Positions 8,764-17,905 are shown, counted from the stretch's first letter. The stretch is 64,000 bases of DNA from Escherichia coli (GCF_022846255.1 NZ_AP025682.1); one strand, 5' to 3'. Numbers and translations: made by a program. The notes: generated by a model not told the origin, from the letters alone.

Positions 8764-9506
8764 TGAACAATAATACAACTTTGTTAGACGATATGTGTAG
8801 GCTCAGGGACTTTTTATATGATAGCCGCATATGCCCAGATATTAATCCTCTCAACCGTTTAATCAGTAAACTTAATGCAAATCTCCACTCCGAAACAGGG
8901 GAGGACTTTGAATACTCTTTAGACGATTTAGTATTTTATCTTAGCGAAAAATCTGGAACAATTTGTCCGACCCAAATTACACCCAAAGAAAACCCTATTG
9001 AAATACATTTGGAACTTATATTAAAAAGTGAAGGCCCTTATGAATTTTCGAAGATTAAAGAACTTTCAGGGCAATTACGACTTAAAGCTGAGTGGATCAA
9101 TGACACAACAGAAAAAATTGAGATAAAAACATCACATAGTGCTTGGCATTTTGATTATCATGTTCCTCAAATGGGGGATGGCGTAAATTCATTTACTCAT
9201 CCTCAATTCCATTTACAAAATGGAGGAAACAGGCTGACTGATAATTTAAATGACTATGGAGAGTTAATGATTCTTGATGCTCCAAGACTACCTTTACCTC
9301 CTATGGATGTGATATTAGCCATTGACTTTATTATTTCAAATTTCTTTGGTTCTATTTGGCAACAAGCATTATGTGATTCAGAATACATTGATGTAGTTAA
9401 AAGAGCACAAAAAGCATGGTGGAAACCTTATTATGAAGGTATAAGTCAACACTGGTCTGGCAATGGCTCAGGAATATCCAATATCCTAATTCCAAACCTT
9501 CTGTAG
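8763..9506 (+). CDS. Hypothetical protein, 247 aa, last gene of the four-gene operon
   Basis: ORF track. ATG overlaps the stop of the upstream gene (TAATG). No motif recognised by eye. Confidence 0.45.
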   Translation: MNNNTTLLDDMCRLRDFLYDSRICPDINPLNRLISKLNANLHSETGEDFEYSLDDLVFYLSEKSGTICPTQITPKENPIEIHLELILKSEGPYEFSKIKELSGQLRLKAEWINDTTEKIEIKTSHSAWHFDYHVPQMGDGVNSFTHPQFHLQNGGNRLTDNLNDYGELMILDAPRLPLPPMDVILAIDFIISNFFGSIWQQALCDSEYIDVVKRAQKAWWKPYYEGISQHWSGNGSGISNILIPNLL

Positions 9507-9771
9507 TGTATCAAAATCTGTTAACCATCTCCAATTACGAATAGCAATATTTATATAAAACTAATTTTTTATTTTAAACAACTTCAGCAAGGGCTAACTC
9601 TCAGCATCTCCTTCGGTGATACTTTGAGTTGCTCCTTGTTTTTTCGCCCTTTGGTTGAAAAAATTAAAAGCAAAACCAACCCTATACATTGACTTTTTCA
9701 GCATCTATCATATAAATAAAATAAGCATAATGGACATGCTTATTTTACTTTACTATATGAAAGGAGTTCAT

Positions 9772-10185
9772 ATGAATGATAGGAATCATACTTTTAATAA
9801 GTTCGAGCCATTCAGAAGTTGTAGCTATGAAAATTTTACTTCTGCTAAAACACTCTCCCAGCAGACACGTTCTCATTGTATTAGTATCAGATTAAATGAT
9901 GCCGAGTTATCTTACGTTGATGGCTTACGAGAAGATCTCAACCGTGCTGTTTGGATACGTATGTCAGCATTGAATCGTCTCCCTTCCAAAATTCCTGAAA
10001 TAAATCTAATTGTCTGGAAAGACCTTGCCAAAGCATCTCAGAATCTGAATAACCTCGTTCAGCATCTCAACACTAAATCACACGATAGTCCTTTTACTAT
10101 CACCGAAATTTATACGGTACAAAAAAGAATAAAAGCACTAAGAGATGCCCTTCTGTCAGCAAATCGATCTGTCAGTGATAAATAA
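9772..10185 (+). CDS. MobC-family mobilisation (relaxosome accessory) protein
   Basis: Start taken at the internal ATG 9772, preceded by AAGGAG at 9761-9766. Motifs ISIRLNDAEL...WIRMSALNRL and NLNNLVQHLN match the MobC pattern (S.RL...E...L; NLNQ.A..LN). Stop overlaps the relaxase start (TAATG). Confidence 0.6.
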   Translation: MNDRNHTFNKFEPFRSCSYENFTSAKTLSQQTRSHCISIRLNDAELSYVDGLREDLNRAVWIRMSALNRLPSKIPEINLIVWKDLAKASQNLNNLVQHLNTKSHDSPFTITEIYTVQKRIKALRDALLSANRSVSDK

Positions 10186-11372
10186 TGAAAGGGATGCAAA
10201 AAATCCGCAGAGGAAAGAGTTTTGCTGGTGTCGTCCTCTATGCGTTAAAGCCCGGTTCTCATCATAAAAAAGACCCTATCGTGATCGGTGGAAATATAAC
10301 GATAGTTGGCAATGCCGCTAAAGATCTGATCGCTGAATTTGATAGCACCAAACAGCTTCGCCCTGACGTGCAAAAGGCTGTTTGGCACAACTCGCTTCGC
10401 TTACCTAAAGGTGAATCACTAACGGCTAAACAGTGGTCTGAAATAGCAGATGATTACATGTCCCGCATGGGCTTCTCTGAAACGCATCTCAGATGCTACG
10501 TCCTACATGACGACGAAGATGGCCAGCACATCCATATCATCGCCAGCAGAGTGTCTCTTGATGCCGGAAAGCTCTACCTCGGCAGGAATGAGAACCTGGC
10601 AAGCACGAGAATAATTCAGCAACTTGAAAGAAATTACAATCTGACAAGAACCAAAGGGCCAGGAGCTAAAGCATCTACATCTTCTCTTTCCTCTAAACCG
10701 AAACATAAAAAATCACGTAATGAGGCTATGTTAGAGGAGAGAACTGGTGAACCATGCCCTAAATCCATCATCCAAAGGGCTATAGATTCGATAACATTAA
10801 ATCCTATAGCAATTGATGACTTCGTTGAAAAGCTGAATAGCATAGGGATTACGGCGAAAAGCAATATTTCTTCAACTGGCAAGATGAATGGATTTTCCTT
10901 TGAATGCAAAGGTGTTGTGTTCAAAGCTTCCCAGCTTGGCAAGAAGTATAGTTGGAAGAACCTGGAATCAATGATTTCAATGAATTACAACTCACACATT
11001 GGTGATGAAAAACCTGTCATCCCTGAACCTGCTGCCCATCGCAGCAACGAAGCTGTCATACCTATAGTGGAAGACTATTCTGATGAAAAGATTTACCCTG
11101 AGATAAGGGTACCCTTACCAAGACCTGACACAGCGCCCACAAAACCTACAAGCATGACAATGCGTTGGATCGCAACCATACCTTATCTTGTGAGTGTTAT
11201 TAGCGCACTTAAAACGATGCGTATCCCCTTTCTAAAGGCGTTCAATGGCCCAAGGAAGTTCTTTTCCGTGTCCATGATTCACCTGTCCTCTGTAAGCCTG
11301 AAACAGACCAAAACGAATAATTTCAAACCAAAAAGTTCCCACCAAAAGGCCCACAAGCCCCTTCTCCCCTGA
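10185..11372 (+). CDS. Relaxase / mobilisation nuclease (MobA/MobL-like), 395 aa
   Basis: Histidine-triad-like motif HDDEDGQHIHIIASRV (HxDxxxxHxH, relaxase motif III) in the N-terminal third, immediately downstream of and coupled to the MobC-like gene. Confidence 0.65.
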   Translation: MKGMQKIRRGKSFAGVVLYALKPGSHHKKDPIVIGGNITIVGNAAKDLIAEFDSTKQLRPDVQKAVWHNSLRLPKGESLTAKQWSEIADDYMSRMGFSETHLRCYVLHDDEDGQHIHIIASRVSLDAGKLYLGRNENLASTRIIQQLERNYNLTRTKGPGAKASTSSLSSKPKHKKSRNEAMLEERTGEPCPKSIIQRAIDSITLNPIAIDDFVEKLNSIGITAKSNISSTGKMNGFSFECKGVVFKASQLGKKYSWKNLESMISMNYNSHIGDEKPVIPEPAAHRSNEAVIPIVEDYSDEKIYPEIRVPLPRPDTAPTKPTSMTMRWIATIPYLVSVISALKTMRIPFLKAFNGPRKFFSVSMIHLSSVSLKQTKTNNFKPKSSHQKAHKPLLP

Positions 11373-11580
11373 TTTCTCCACAGATAAACGATCGTTATAA
11401 TCGATCGATTTATTTATATTGATAGTCAATAACAATCAATAGGTAAATAATCGATCGGTACAAGCAATTTGCTATGTCCTTAGAAGTGTTCAAAATGTAC
11501 TTTCATGCATAAATCGGATAATAGGTTGATTTTACTAGCCTATTTTTCTATCCACGTATCGAACATGCAGGGACTGAAGT

Positions 11581-12171
11581 ATGAGATATCTCATGATGAA
11601 GCGTGTAATGTTAGCAATCCTTCTTCCGTTTATTGTTGGATGTTTATTTGGTGCTAAAGCATTATCAGAGTATTGGGTTGTGTGGTTTTTTGTTTGTGCA
11701 ATGTTGATGATCACAGCCTGGGGCGTGTGGTTAAAAAATAAAAACAGAGGTTCCAGCTTCAGCTACCTGAATGATAATGAAGATGGTGTATTTATCTACA
11801 AATTTCATAATCAAGAGATGCGTTTAGATAAAGCCAAAAAAGAGCTTTATTTAAAAGATGGGTTAAACGAAAAAACCTACACTTTTTCCGATGTTGAAAG
11901 CTGGGAATATAAAATTAGCACAGGTGGTCAGATCCTCACTTCAGGTCTTAACCCTACAACTAACTTGATTAACAATAAGATTCTTGGTGAAAACATTAAT
12001 GACACCGGCTTCTTTATCAAAGTTAAAGACATCAGAAACCCTGAGTGGCATATTCGATTCTTCCCTCAAGAAGGATCTTATAAAGATCAGAGGGGATTAA
12101 TTAGCTTAAAAAAACAGATGATGCAGTGGATGACCGTTTTTGACTTAATCGTAAATGCTGATACAAAGTAA
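11581..12171 (+). CDS. Hypothetical inner-membrane protein, 196 aa
   Basis: ORF track. Two hydrophobic helices in the first ~50 aa (LAILLPFIVGCLFGA; VVWFFVCAMLMITAWGVWL). Confidence 0.4.
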   Translation: MRYLMMKRVMLAILLPFIVGCLFGAKALSEYWVVWFFVCAMLMITAWGVWLKNKNRGSSFSYLNDNEDGVFIYKFHNQEMRLDKAKKELYLKDGLNEKTYTFSDVESWEYKISTGGQILTSGLNPTTNLINNKILGENINDTGFFIKVKDIRNPEWHIRFFPQEGSYKDQRGLISLKKQMMQWMTVFDLIVNADTK

Positions 12172-12182
12172 GGAAAACAAGA

Positions 12183-12473
12183 ATGAAAAAAACCATGCTA
12201 CTATTATTAGCTTCAATGTCGCTGACAGGTTGCAACAGTGAACCATCCGATGCAGATATTTCAAAAGCCATGCAGAGCTTTATGAGTGAGATGCATGGTA
12301 CCCTGAACTCGTCTAAAAAACTTGCGTGTAAAGATATAGAGAGTGATGGCAGTTATCTCTGCTCTGTAGAGTTCGATGCTAAACTTCCAATCGTGGGCCA
12401 TAGAGAATCGACGCTAGAATTAAAGTTTATTAAATCCGATGACTCCTGGAAAGCAATGGCTCCATCTAAATAA
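12183..12473 (+). CDS. Putative lipoprotein, 96 aa
   Basis: Signal peptide with lipobox (MKKTMLLLLASMSLTGC). Purine-rich stretch just upstream, 11 nt after the stop of the preceding gene. Confidence 0.5.
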   Translation: MKKTMLLLLASMSLTGCNSEPSDADISKAMQSFMSEMHGTLNSSKKLACKDIESDGSYLCSVEFDAKLPIVGHRESTLELKFIKSDDSWKAMAPSK

Positions 12474-12850
12474 ACTTAATTATATTTGACAATAGAAAAA
12501 TAGTACGTCATAGATAGTAAATTGATAACAACCAGTGGGTTGAGCCACTGGCTGTTATCCCAATGGTTAATACACGGATGTACTAACCACCATTAAAAGG
12601 ATAAACAACATCACCTTTAATGCACGGGAGCGTTTTTTAGACATACGCCACTCCTTCTTTTTCATCATCAACCTTATTGTTGGTGATGTTGCCTCTTTGG
12701 GCTGATGCAGATTATCATTTTAGAATACTAAAAGCATCCTTTCGGATGCTTTTTTTCGCCTTGAAAATATTAGCAAGATAATAATCCATAAAGGATAATA
12801 TAAAAACCAAAATAATATGCTACGGTAGTTGTTATAAAAATCACATAAAA

Positions 12851-13273
12851 CTACAGTCCATATTTTTTCCTTTTATCCTTCATCAATAATTCTCTTTTTA
12901 GGGTAGAAGCCTCATGTTTCCTTCTCTCATTAATATAGACTTTTTCGGTTCTACTACCATTGCTCACAATGAAATTGATAAGTGAAGAGCATACGTTTTT
13001 CATACGCTCTTTATCGAGCATGTCATTTTCAATATTATTGATATTGCAGTAATAAGAAAGTAGTAAAAAATTCAACACTACTTCCCTGTTTGAGAACGTT
13101 AGTTTTTCTATTTCAGGCTGGTATTTAATGTAGAACCCGGCACAAAACAGGTATGATTGTTCGATAATTTGTTGCTCTGAGAAGTCTGATTCAGAGAGTT
13201 TATCAACGAATCGATCAAGTAGAAGAAGATACCTTTCCATCAAATGAATATTTATTTTTTCCATAACATGCAT
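12851..13273 (-). CDS. Hypothetical protein, 140 aa
   Basis: ORF track. AT-rich, downstream of the recombinase trio. No motif recognised. Confidence 0.3.
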   Translation of the reverse strand: MHVMEKINIHLMERYLLLLDRFVDKLSESDFSEQQIIEQSYLFCAGFYIKYQPEIEKLTFSNREVVLNFLLLSYYCNINNIENDMLDKERMKNVCSSLINFIVSNGSRTEKVYINERRKHEASTLKRELLMKDKRKKYGL

Positions 13274-13357
13274 CCTTGCAATTTATTTTGCCATCCTGAC
13301 AATTAAATAAATACCATAATTATTAATCACGTCAATAGTTAAAACCTATCTATTTTA

Positions 13358-13756
13358 TTAAAGGTATTTTGCAGGTAACGGATTATTAAGTTCTTCAATC
13401 GTTATTTGTTTAAGGTGAGCATTATAAAGCCATACTTTGAACTGCTCTAAATAGCGTTCATTTAATGCCTTCAAAGCCTCATTTTCTGCTTCAAGTCTTC
13501 TAATTCGTTGAGAAGCCACTTTTAAATTAGCAGGTTTTACAGTATGTATTGCACCAGATTTGATAGTGGCCTTTTTCACACTGAAGCTTTCTGCAATCCT
13601 TACATGACTACTTAAGGATTGTCTTGATGGTCTTTTCCCAATAATCCTTACTAACCTGTCGCACAAAGCATCCCAGGTTAGTTTTTCATCTATAGACCAT
13701 GTGTTAATAACATCTACAATCTTCTTCTCATGATAACCATTTATATGCTTAGCCAT
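13358..13756 (-). CDS. Small coiled-coil protein, 132 aa, fourth gene of the recombinase module (GinD/TnpC-like position)
   Basis: Starts 1 nt after the stop of the third recombinase. C-terminal heptad-like RRLEAENEALKALNERYLEQ. Family not recognisable by eye. Confidence 0.4.
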   Translation of the reverse strand: MAKHINGYHEKKIVDVINTWSIDEKLTWDALCDRLVRIIGKRPSRQSLSSHVRIAESFSVKKATIKSGAIHTVKPANLKVASQRIRRLEAENEALKALNERYLEQFKVWLYNAHLKQITIEELNNPLPAKYL

Positions 13757-15388
13757 TTATTCTCCTTTTTTTATTCTCTTATGGAATTCATACCATCTAT
13801 CAGCATTTATGTTCCCATCATTTTTATCATACAGTGTTCTTTTTGAAATTTTATCGTGAATTTTTGAAATCGTTTCGTTATCTAAACCAGAATTCTCAAT
13901 CGGATAATGTTCACACGGCTTAAACGCATATGAGTGCTTGCAGTAGCCATGTTTTGATACCAGTACTGCACCACTACTAAGTGAATCAAACTCATTAAGA
14001 ACCACCACTGGAATATCCTTTATTCTGTGCTCATTAACACACACTGATAACTTTTGTTCTCTTATTGCTTTAGACATTTGAAGATGCGATCTGTGGTCAT
14101 AAGAAAAATTTTGAGAAATAAGCTTACGTCCAGACCAGCGAGCAATACTAAACTCATCCATACCATTTATTTGAGCAAAAGTGTTGAGAAGATGCCTCAG
14201 TTGATGTGTTCTTAGCAAATATGGGCTACCATCATCATTTATATAACCATGTCTTTTAAATACATTTAAATATCCTTTTATATAATCAGAATCAACGATA
14301 TCAGTTTTAAAAAAATTCGTTGTAGGTCTGAATAACTTATCTAACATTTCCTTTTTATTTTGATTTAACTGTCCTTCAGTTAACAAGCAAAGCGCATTAG
14401 AATATTTGATTTTCTTCTCTCTATCATACCAAAAGAGATCTGGAGGTATATTTTCTTTAAGGGTTCCCATCGTTGAATTAGAGTAATTCTTTTGAATTTC
14501 AGCAGCCAATAATCTCGCTTGACTTGATAATTCTTTTAATCTGCTAATAGCCTTTTTTGCTACAGGTATCATTAAAGTTGGAATCCATTTTATATTGCCT
14601 TCATACCCTTTTGCTGAAAAAAATCTTAAACCGTATCTTTGAATGCCCTTTCCATCACATTCTGTAATTTCACAATCCACTGGCAAAGCTAAAATTTCCG
14701 ATATCCTACTCGGTGCACACATAAGTAAAGCAAGCACAGATGTAGTAAATATATCTCTTGACGATAATTGTTCATCCCGCTTTGAAAAAATCTCAGCAAT
14801 CGCAATAACTGATTTGATATCAGGCAATCTAGAATGGCCTTCCAGTGAAGAATCATAACCAGTCCAAGACTGAGTAATCCTATACCTAATTGGACTTATC
14901 CAAAATAAATAAGATGAGTTAGTCATCCTATTATCATTTAAAAATGAACTCAATTTCTCAAGTTCTTTCCCAATAGCAAATGCATGTGCTTTAGAATACT
15001 TTTCAGAGGCTATCCTTATGCATTCATCAAAGATTGAATTGTTGCAATAGTTTACATTAGCTTCCATATTGATTTTAAGTAAAACGAATTCGACAATCTT
15101 CAACATTGATAATGTTGAGTGTTTCGTCTTAGATTTATTGAATGAATGCACATGCAACATATATGCTTTAGCAAAATTAATAAAGCTATCATCTAAGCAT
15201 TCTTTGCTGTTTAGGTTGTTTTTTGAGTTAAACTTAGTAAACCTATATAAACCTTTCCATTTATTGCTTTCCCAAGAAGTTGTTAAATTATTATTAGAAA
15301 TAGTACTCTTACAAAACTCGATGAACTTAATAACATTATCGTGAGGGTTGTTTTTATTGCTTGGTTCAAAAATAAATATATTGTTCAT
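13757..15388 (-). CDS. Tyrosine recombinase, third of a tandem trio, 543 aa
   Basis: Catalytic-domain pattern: PSRISEILAL (Arg I), RTHQLRHLLNT (H-x-x-R-H), ARWSGR ... FSYDHRSH (Trp/Tyr region). Overlaps the upstream gene by 4 nt. Confidence 0.65.
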   Translation of the reverse strand: MNNIFIFEPSNKNNPHDNVIKFIEFCKSTISNNNLTTSWESNKWKGLYRFTKFNSKNNLNSKECLDDSFINFAKAYMLHVHSFNKSKTKHSTLSMLKIVEFVLLKINMEANVNYCNNSIFDECIRIASEKYSKAHAFAIGKELEKLSSFLNDNRMTNSSYLFWISPIRYRITQSWTGYDSSLEGHSRLPDIKSVIAIAEIFSKRDEQLSSRDIFTTSVLALLMCAPSRISEILALPVDCEITECDGKGIQRYGLRFFSAKGYEGNIKWIPTLMIPVAKKAISRLKELSSQARLLAAEIQKNYSNSTMGTLKENIPPDLFWYDREKKIKYSNALCLLTEGQLNQNKKEMLDKLFRPTTNFFKTDIVDSDYIKGYLNVFKRHGYINDDGSPYLLRTHQLRHLLNTFAQINGMDEFSIARWSGRKLISQNFSYDHRSHLQMSKAIREQKLSVCVNEHRIKDIPVVVLNEFDSLSSGAVLVSKHGYCKHSYAFKPCEHYPIENSGLDNETISKIHDKISKRTLYDKNDGNINADRWYEFHKRIKKGE

Positions 15389-16710
15389 AATGCTCTCCAG
15401 GGATTGAATTTTTTACACGTTAAGCATTTCAAATCCTCTTTCGTATCTTCTAATAAGAAAAATGCATCTGAAACATACTTGATAAAAAAGTTCTTGTTTT
15501 CTTCAATCTCTATGCCCATAAGTATATTAGATAAGGGGTTAAAAAACGCACTTAGTCTCTTATCGATGTCATAAACGTTGTCAGGATTGTTTTTTATATA
15601 TATCATAGAAGAGTTTACTGATTTATGATCTAAGGCTTTAGCAATCACCTCAATTGAGGCTCCTTCGTTAGCCAGTCGACTTCCTAACGTATATCTGAAT
15701 CTTCTAGCATTAAGTTCTATATAGCTGTTAGTCCTTTCTGACCTAACATCGAATTTTGACGGAAAGTGTTTTAATAGTTTTGACATAACTGAATTTTTCA
15801 TATGGAAAAAATCTGTTGTTAAATCAGATAAAAAATCCTCAATCCTTTTTGTTTCCGTAATCTTATCTAAATTCATGAAGATTGGTAATTCGCCTCTATA
15901 GTTATTAATCCCAACACTGAATTTATCTTCAACAAACGCCTGATTTTGATTAATTAGCATTGATAAACTGTCATATAAGAACGGTTCTATCATTACCATA
16001 TTAAATTCTTTTCTGAAACATTTTCTTTGTTTTACTTTTGGTACATTCAAAAAGCACCCTCTCTCATTTTTAATGAGATCTTTAGCTTTTAGAGATATCA
16101 ATTGTAATGGCCTTCTTCCTGTTATTGCCAGCAAAAGGATATAACAATACAAAAAGCATTGAATTTTCTTCTCATGATAAAATTTTCCAACGGCGTTAAT
16201 AATGTTATTGAATTCCGTTTCAGTTAAAGGTCCTTTATTTGGATCTCGTCTTTTAACTGCATCTCCTGTTTGGTTTGGAATGATTTTTATTTTCTCCAGC
16301 ATTCTAATGGCAGTCGCATCTACCCCAGGGTAATTGAGATTTTTCCATTTAGTGATGAAAGCCTTAATTGAGTTTAGTTTGTAGTTTCTTTCTGAACCTA
16401 AATAAACATTCAATTGATATATTGCTTTGTCATCAATAGTATCGATGGTCATTGCACCAAACCACTTATAAAATAGATTGTTAATATTTTGTATATAAAA
16501 AGAACTATATTCAGACGCATAGTAAGCTAATGTTTTTAAGTAGCTAAGTTTCATTTTTGTAGGCATTCTATCTACAACTTTATGAGGGTATACGCAGTTT
16601 TCTTTATCAAGTTGCCATTTCTTATCTGACAGTTTGAAACTATATCTATTCATCTTAGCAAAAAAAATTTGCTCACTTTCAATACATTTTATTTCCACAT
16701 TAAACCCCAC
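15385..16710 (-). CDS. Tyrosine recombinase, second of trio, 441 aa
   Basis: ITGRRPLQLISLK (Arg I), RRFRYTLGSRL, ALDHKSVNSSMIYIKN (His/Tyr region). Overlaps neighbours on both sides. Confidence 0.6.
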   Translation of the reverse strand: MGFNVEIKCIESEQIFFAKMNRYSFKLSDKKWQLDKENCVYPHKVVDRMPTKMKLSYLKTLAYYASEYSSFYIQNINNLFYKWFGAMTIDTIDDKAIYQLNVYLGSERNYKLNSIKAFITKWKNLNYPGVDATAIRMLEKIKIIPNQTGDAVKRRDPNKGPLTETEFNNIINAVGKFYHEKKIQCFLYCYILLLAITGRRPLQLISLKAKDLIKNERGCFLNVPKVKQRKCFRKEFNMVMIEPFLYDSLSMLINQNQAFVEDKFSVGINNYRGELPIFMNLDKITETKRIEDFLSDLTTDFFHMKNSVMSKLLKHFPSKFDVRSERTNSYIELNARRFRYTLGSRLANEGASIEVIAKALDHKSVNSSMIYIKNNPDNVYDIDKRLSAFFNPLSNILMGIEIEENKNFFIKYVSDAFFLLEDTKEDLKCLTCKKFNPWRAL

Positions 16711-17905
16711 TAATTATTTTACTTACTGATTTATAGACCTTTAGGACGACATCCTTCTCTTGTTGGGATATATATTTAAAATTGTATCTATTACACATGA
16801 TTGACTCCTTTGACCAACCCATTAGATAATTCCTTAAATCTTTCCTTCTACTATATTCTAATTCAGCGCCTTCAATTCCTTTAGAATACATATAATTCCA
16901 AGAGTGCCTTAACCTATGACCTGAAAGATTATATAGCTTTGGACTTGCTCGTTTCAGTGTTGATATCACCTTCTCATAAGCTGAAATGCTTAAGGGTTCT
17001 CCTGCGTTTTTTCCGGTGCAATGAGCCACGAATAAGAAATTATGTTTTTTCCTTTTTGTCATTTTTTCCCTGCTATTGCTTATGTAATCAAAAATTTCAC
17101 TGGCTAACTCATCAGATAACGGAATAACCCTTTCTCCAGTCTTTACTAATGGCTGATAAGCTCTTCCATCTTCTTTTGAATCATGTCTTCTGACTACACT
17201 TAAAGTGTTGTCTCTGAGATCAAAATCATCTATTTTAAGATTGAGCAACTCTCCAGCCCTTAAACCTAAATTTAAGAGCAAGGTAAATATTAGTCTGTTC
17301 CTGACCTGTACTTCCTTATGAAAAGGGTTTTCAATCCCACCAATTTCCAATAGACGGAAAAGCACATTGATCTCTTCTTCATTTAACGATTTTTCAGATA
17401 TTTCATTCATATTCAATGAACTGTTTCTTGGAATATGTGCTCTGATACTTTCAATAAATACTTCTACTTCATACTTTGCATGAATCCCCTTTGACGAATG
17501 AACTAATCCACATAACCACTTAAGGTAGCGTGAAAAAACGTGTACTCTATAACTAAAGGTTCTCTTTGCAATAAACCTATTACTTGCTGATTTTATATTT
17601 ATAATTTTTTGTCTATCGAATCTTTGTTTCGCATATCTTACCAGATCATCTATTTCTGCAACGCTGAGATACTTTTTAAGCTCAATTCTCTCAACTATAT
17701 TAATTTTCCTACTATCTAAGAAATTACTAAAAATTAGTAAGTTAGTTGCAACTATTTCCATAGTTGAGGCGGTTGCGCCTCTATTTCTTATGTCTGTAGT
17801 AAGAAATAGATTTTGATAGTAAGCTGGTAGATTACTATTTTTATCAAGGATCAGGCATCCTCGCTCCCCATTACTCATGATGAATTTCTTTACTTTATAT
17901 CCCAT
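16700..17905 (-). CDS. Tyrosine recombinase, first of trio, 401 aa
   Basis: GLRAGELLNL (Arg I), HRLRHS (H-x-x-R), LMGWS, NRYNFKY (catalytic Tyr region). Confidence 0.7.
   Translation of the reverse strand: MGYKVKKFIMSNGERGCLILDKNSNLPAYYQNLFLTTDIRNRGATASTMEIVATNLLIFSNFLDSRKINIVERIELKKYLSVAEIDDLVRYAKQRFDRQKIINIKSASNRFIAKRTFSYRVHVFSRYLKWLCGLVHSSKGIHAKYEVEVFIESIRAHIPRNSSLNMNEISEKSLNEEEINVLFRLLEIGGIENPFHKEVQVRNRLIFTLLLNLGLRAGELLNLKIDDFDLRDNTLSVVRRHDSKEDGRAYQPLVKTGERVIPLSDELASEIFDYISNSREKMTKRKKHNFLFVAHCTGKNAGEPLSISAYEKVISTLKRASPKLYNLSGHRLRHSWNYMYSKGIEGAELEYSRRKDLRNYLMGWSKESIMCNRYNFKYISQQEKDVVLKVYKSVSKIISGV

Larger units (their letters stand above)
13358..17905 (-). mobile_element. Recombinase-trio module (three tandem tyrosine recombinases plus a small gene; GInt/RIT/Tn554-like); element ends not defined
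   Basis: Three consecutive, overlapping tyrosine-recombinase genes on one strand followed by a small ORF. Strongly AT-rich. A 20-bp perfect palindrome lies upstream at 18030..18049. Confidence 0.55.

Noticed and set aside
3686..9506. Interpretation of the methyltransferase operon as a classical type I/II/III restriction-modification or BREX/DISARM locus
   Set aside because: No HsdR/HsdS-like, PglZ, BrxC/Lon or helicase genes and no recognisable restriction endonuclease motif are present; the partners are kinase-like and receiver-like proteins instead. Kept as a candidate novel system rather than assigned to a known type.
13358..17905. Integron (IntI + attI + cassettes) as explanation for the recombinase cluster
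   Set aside because: There are three full-length recombinase genes in tandem, not one IntI with downstream cassette array, and no attC-like repeats were seen.
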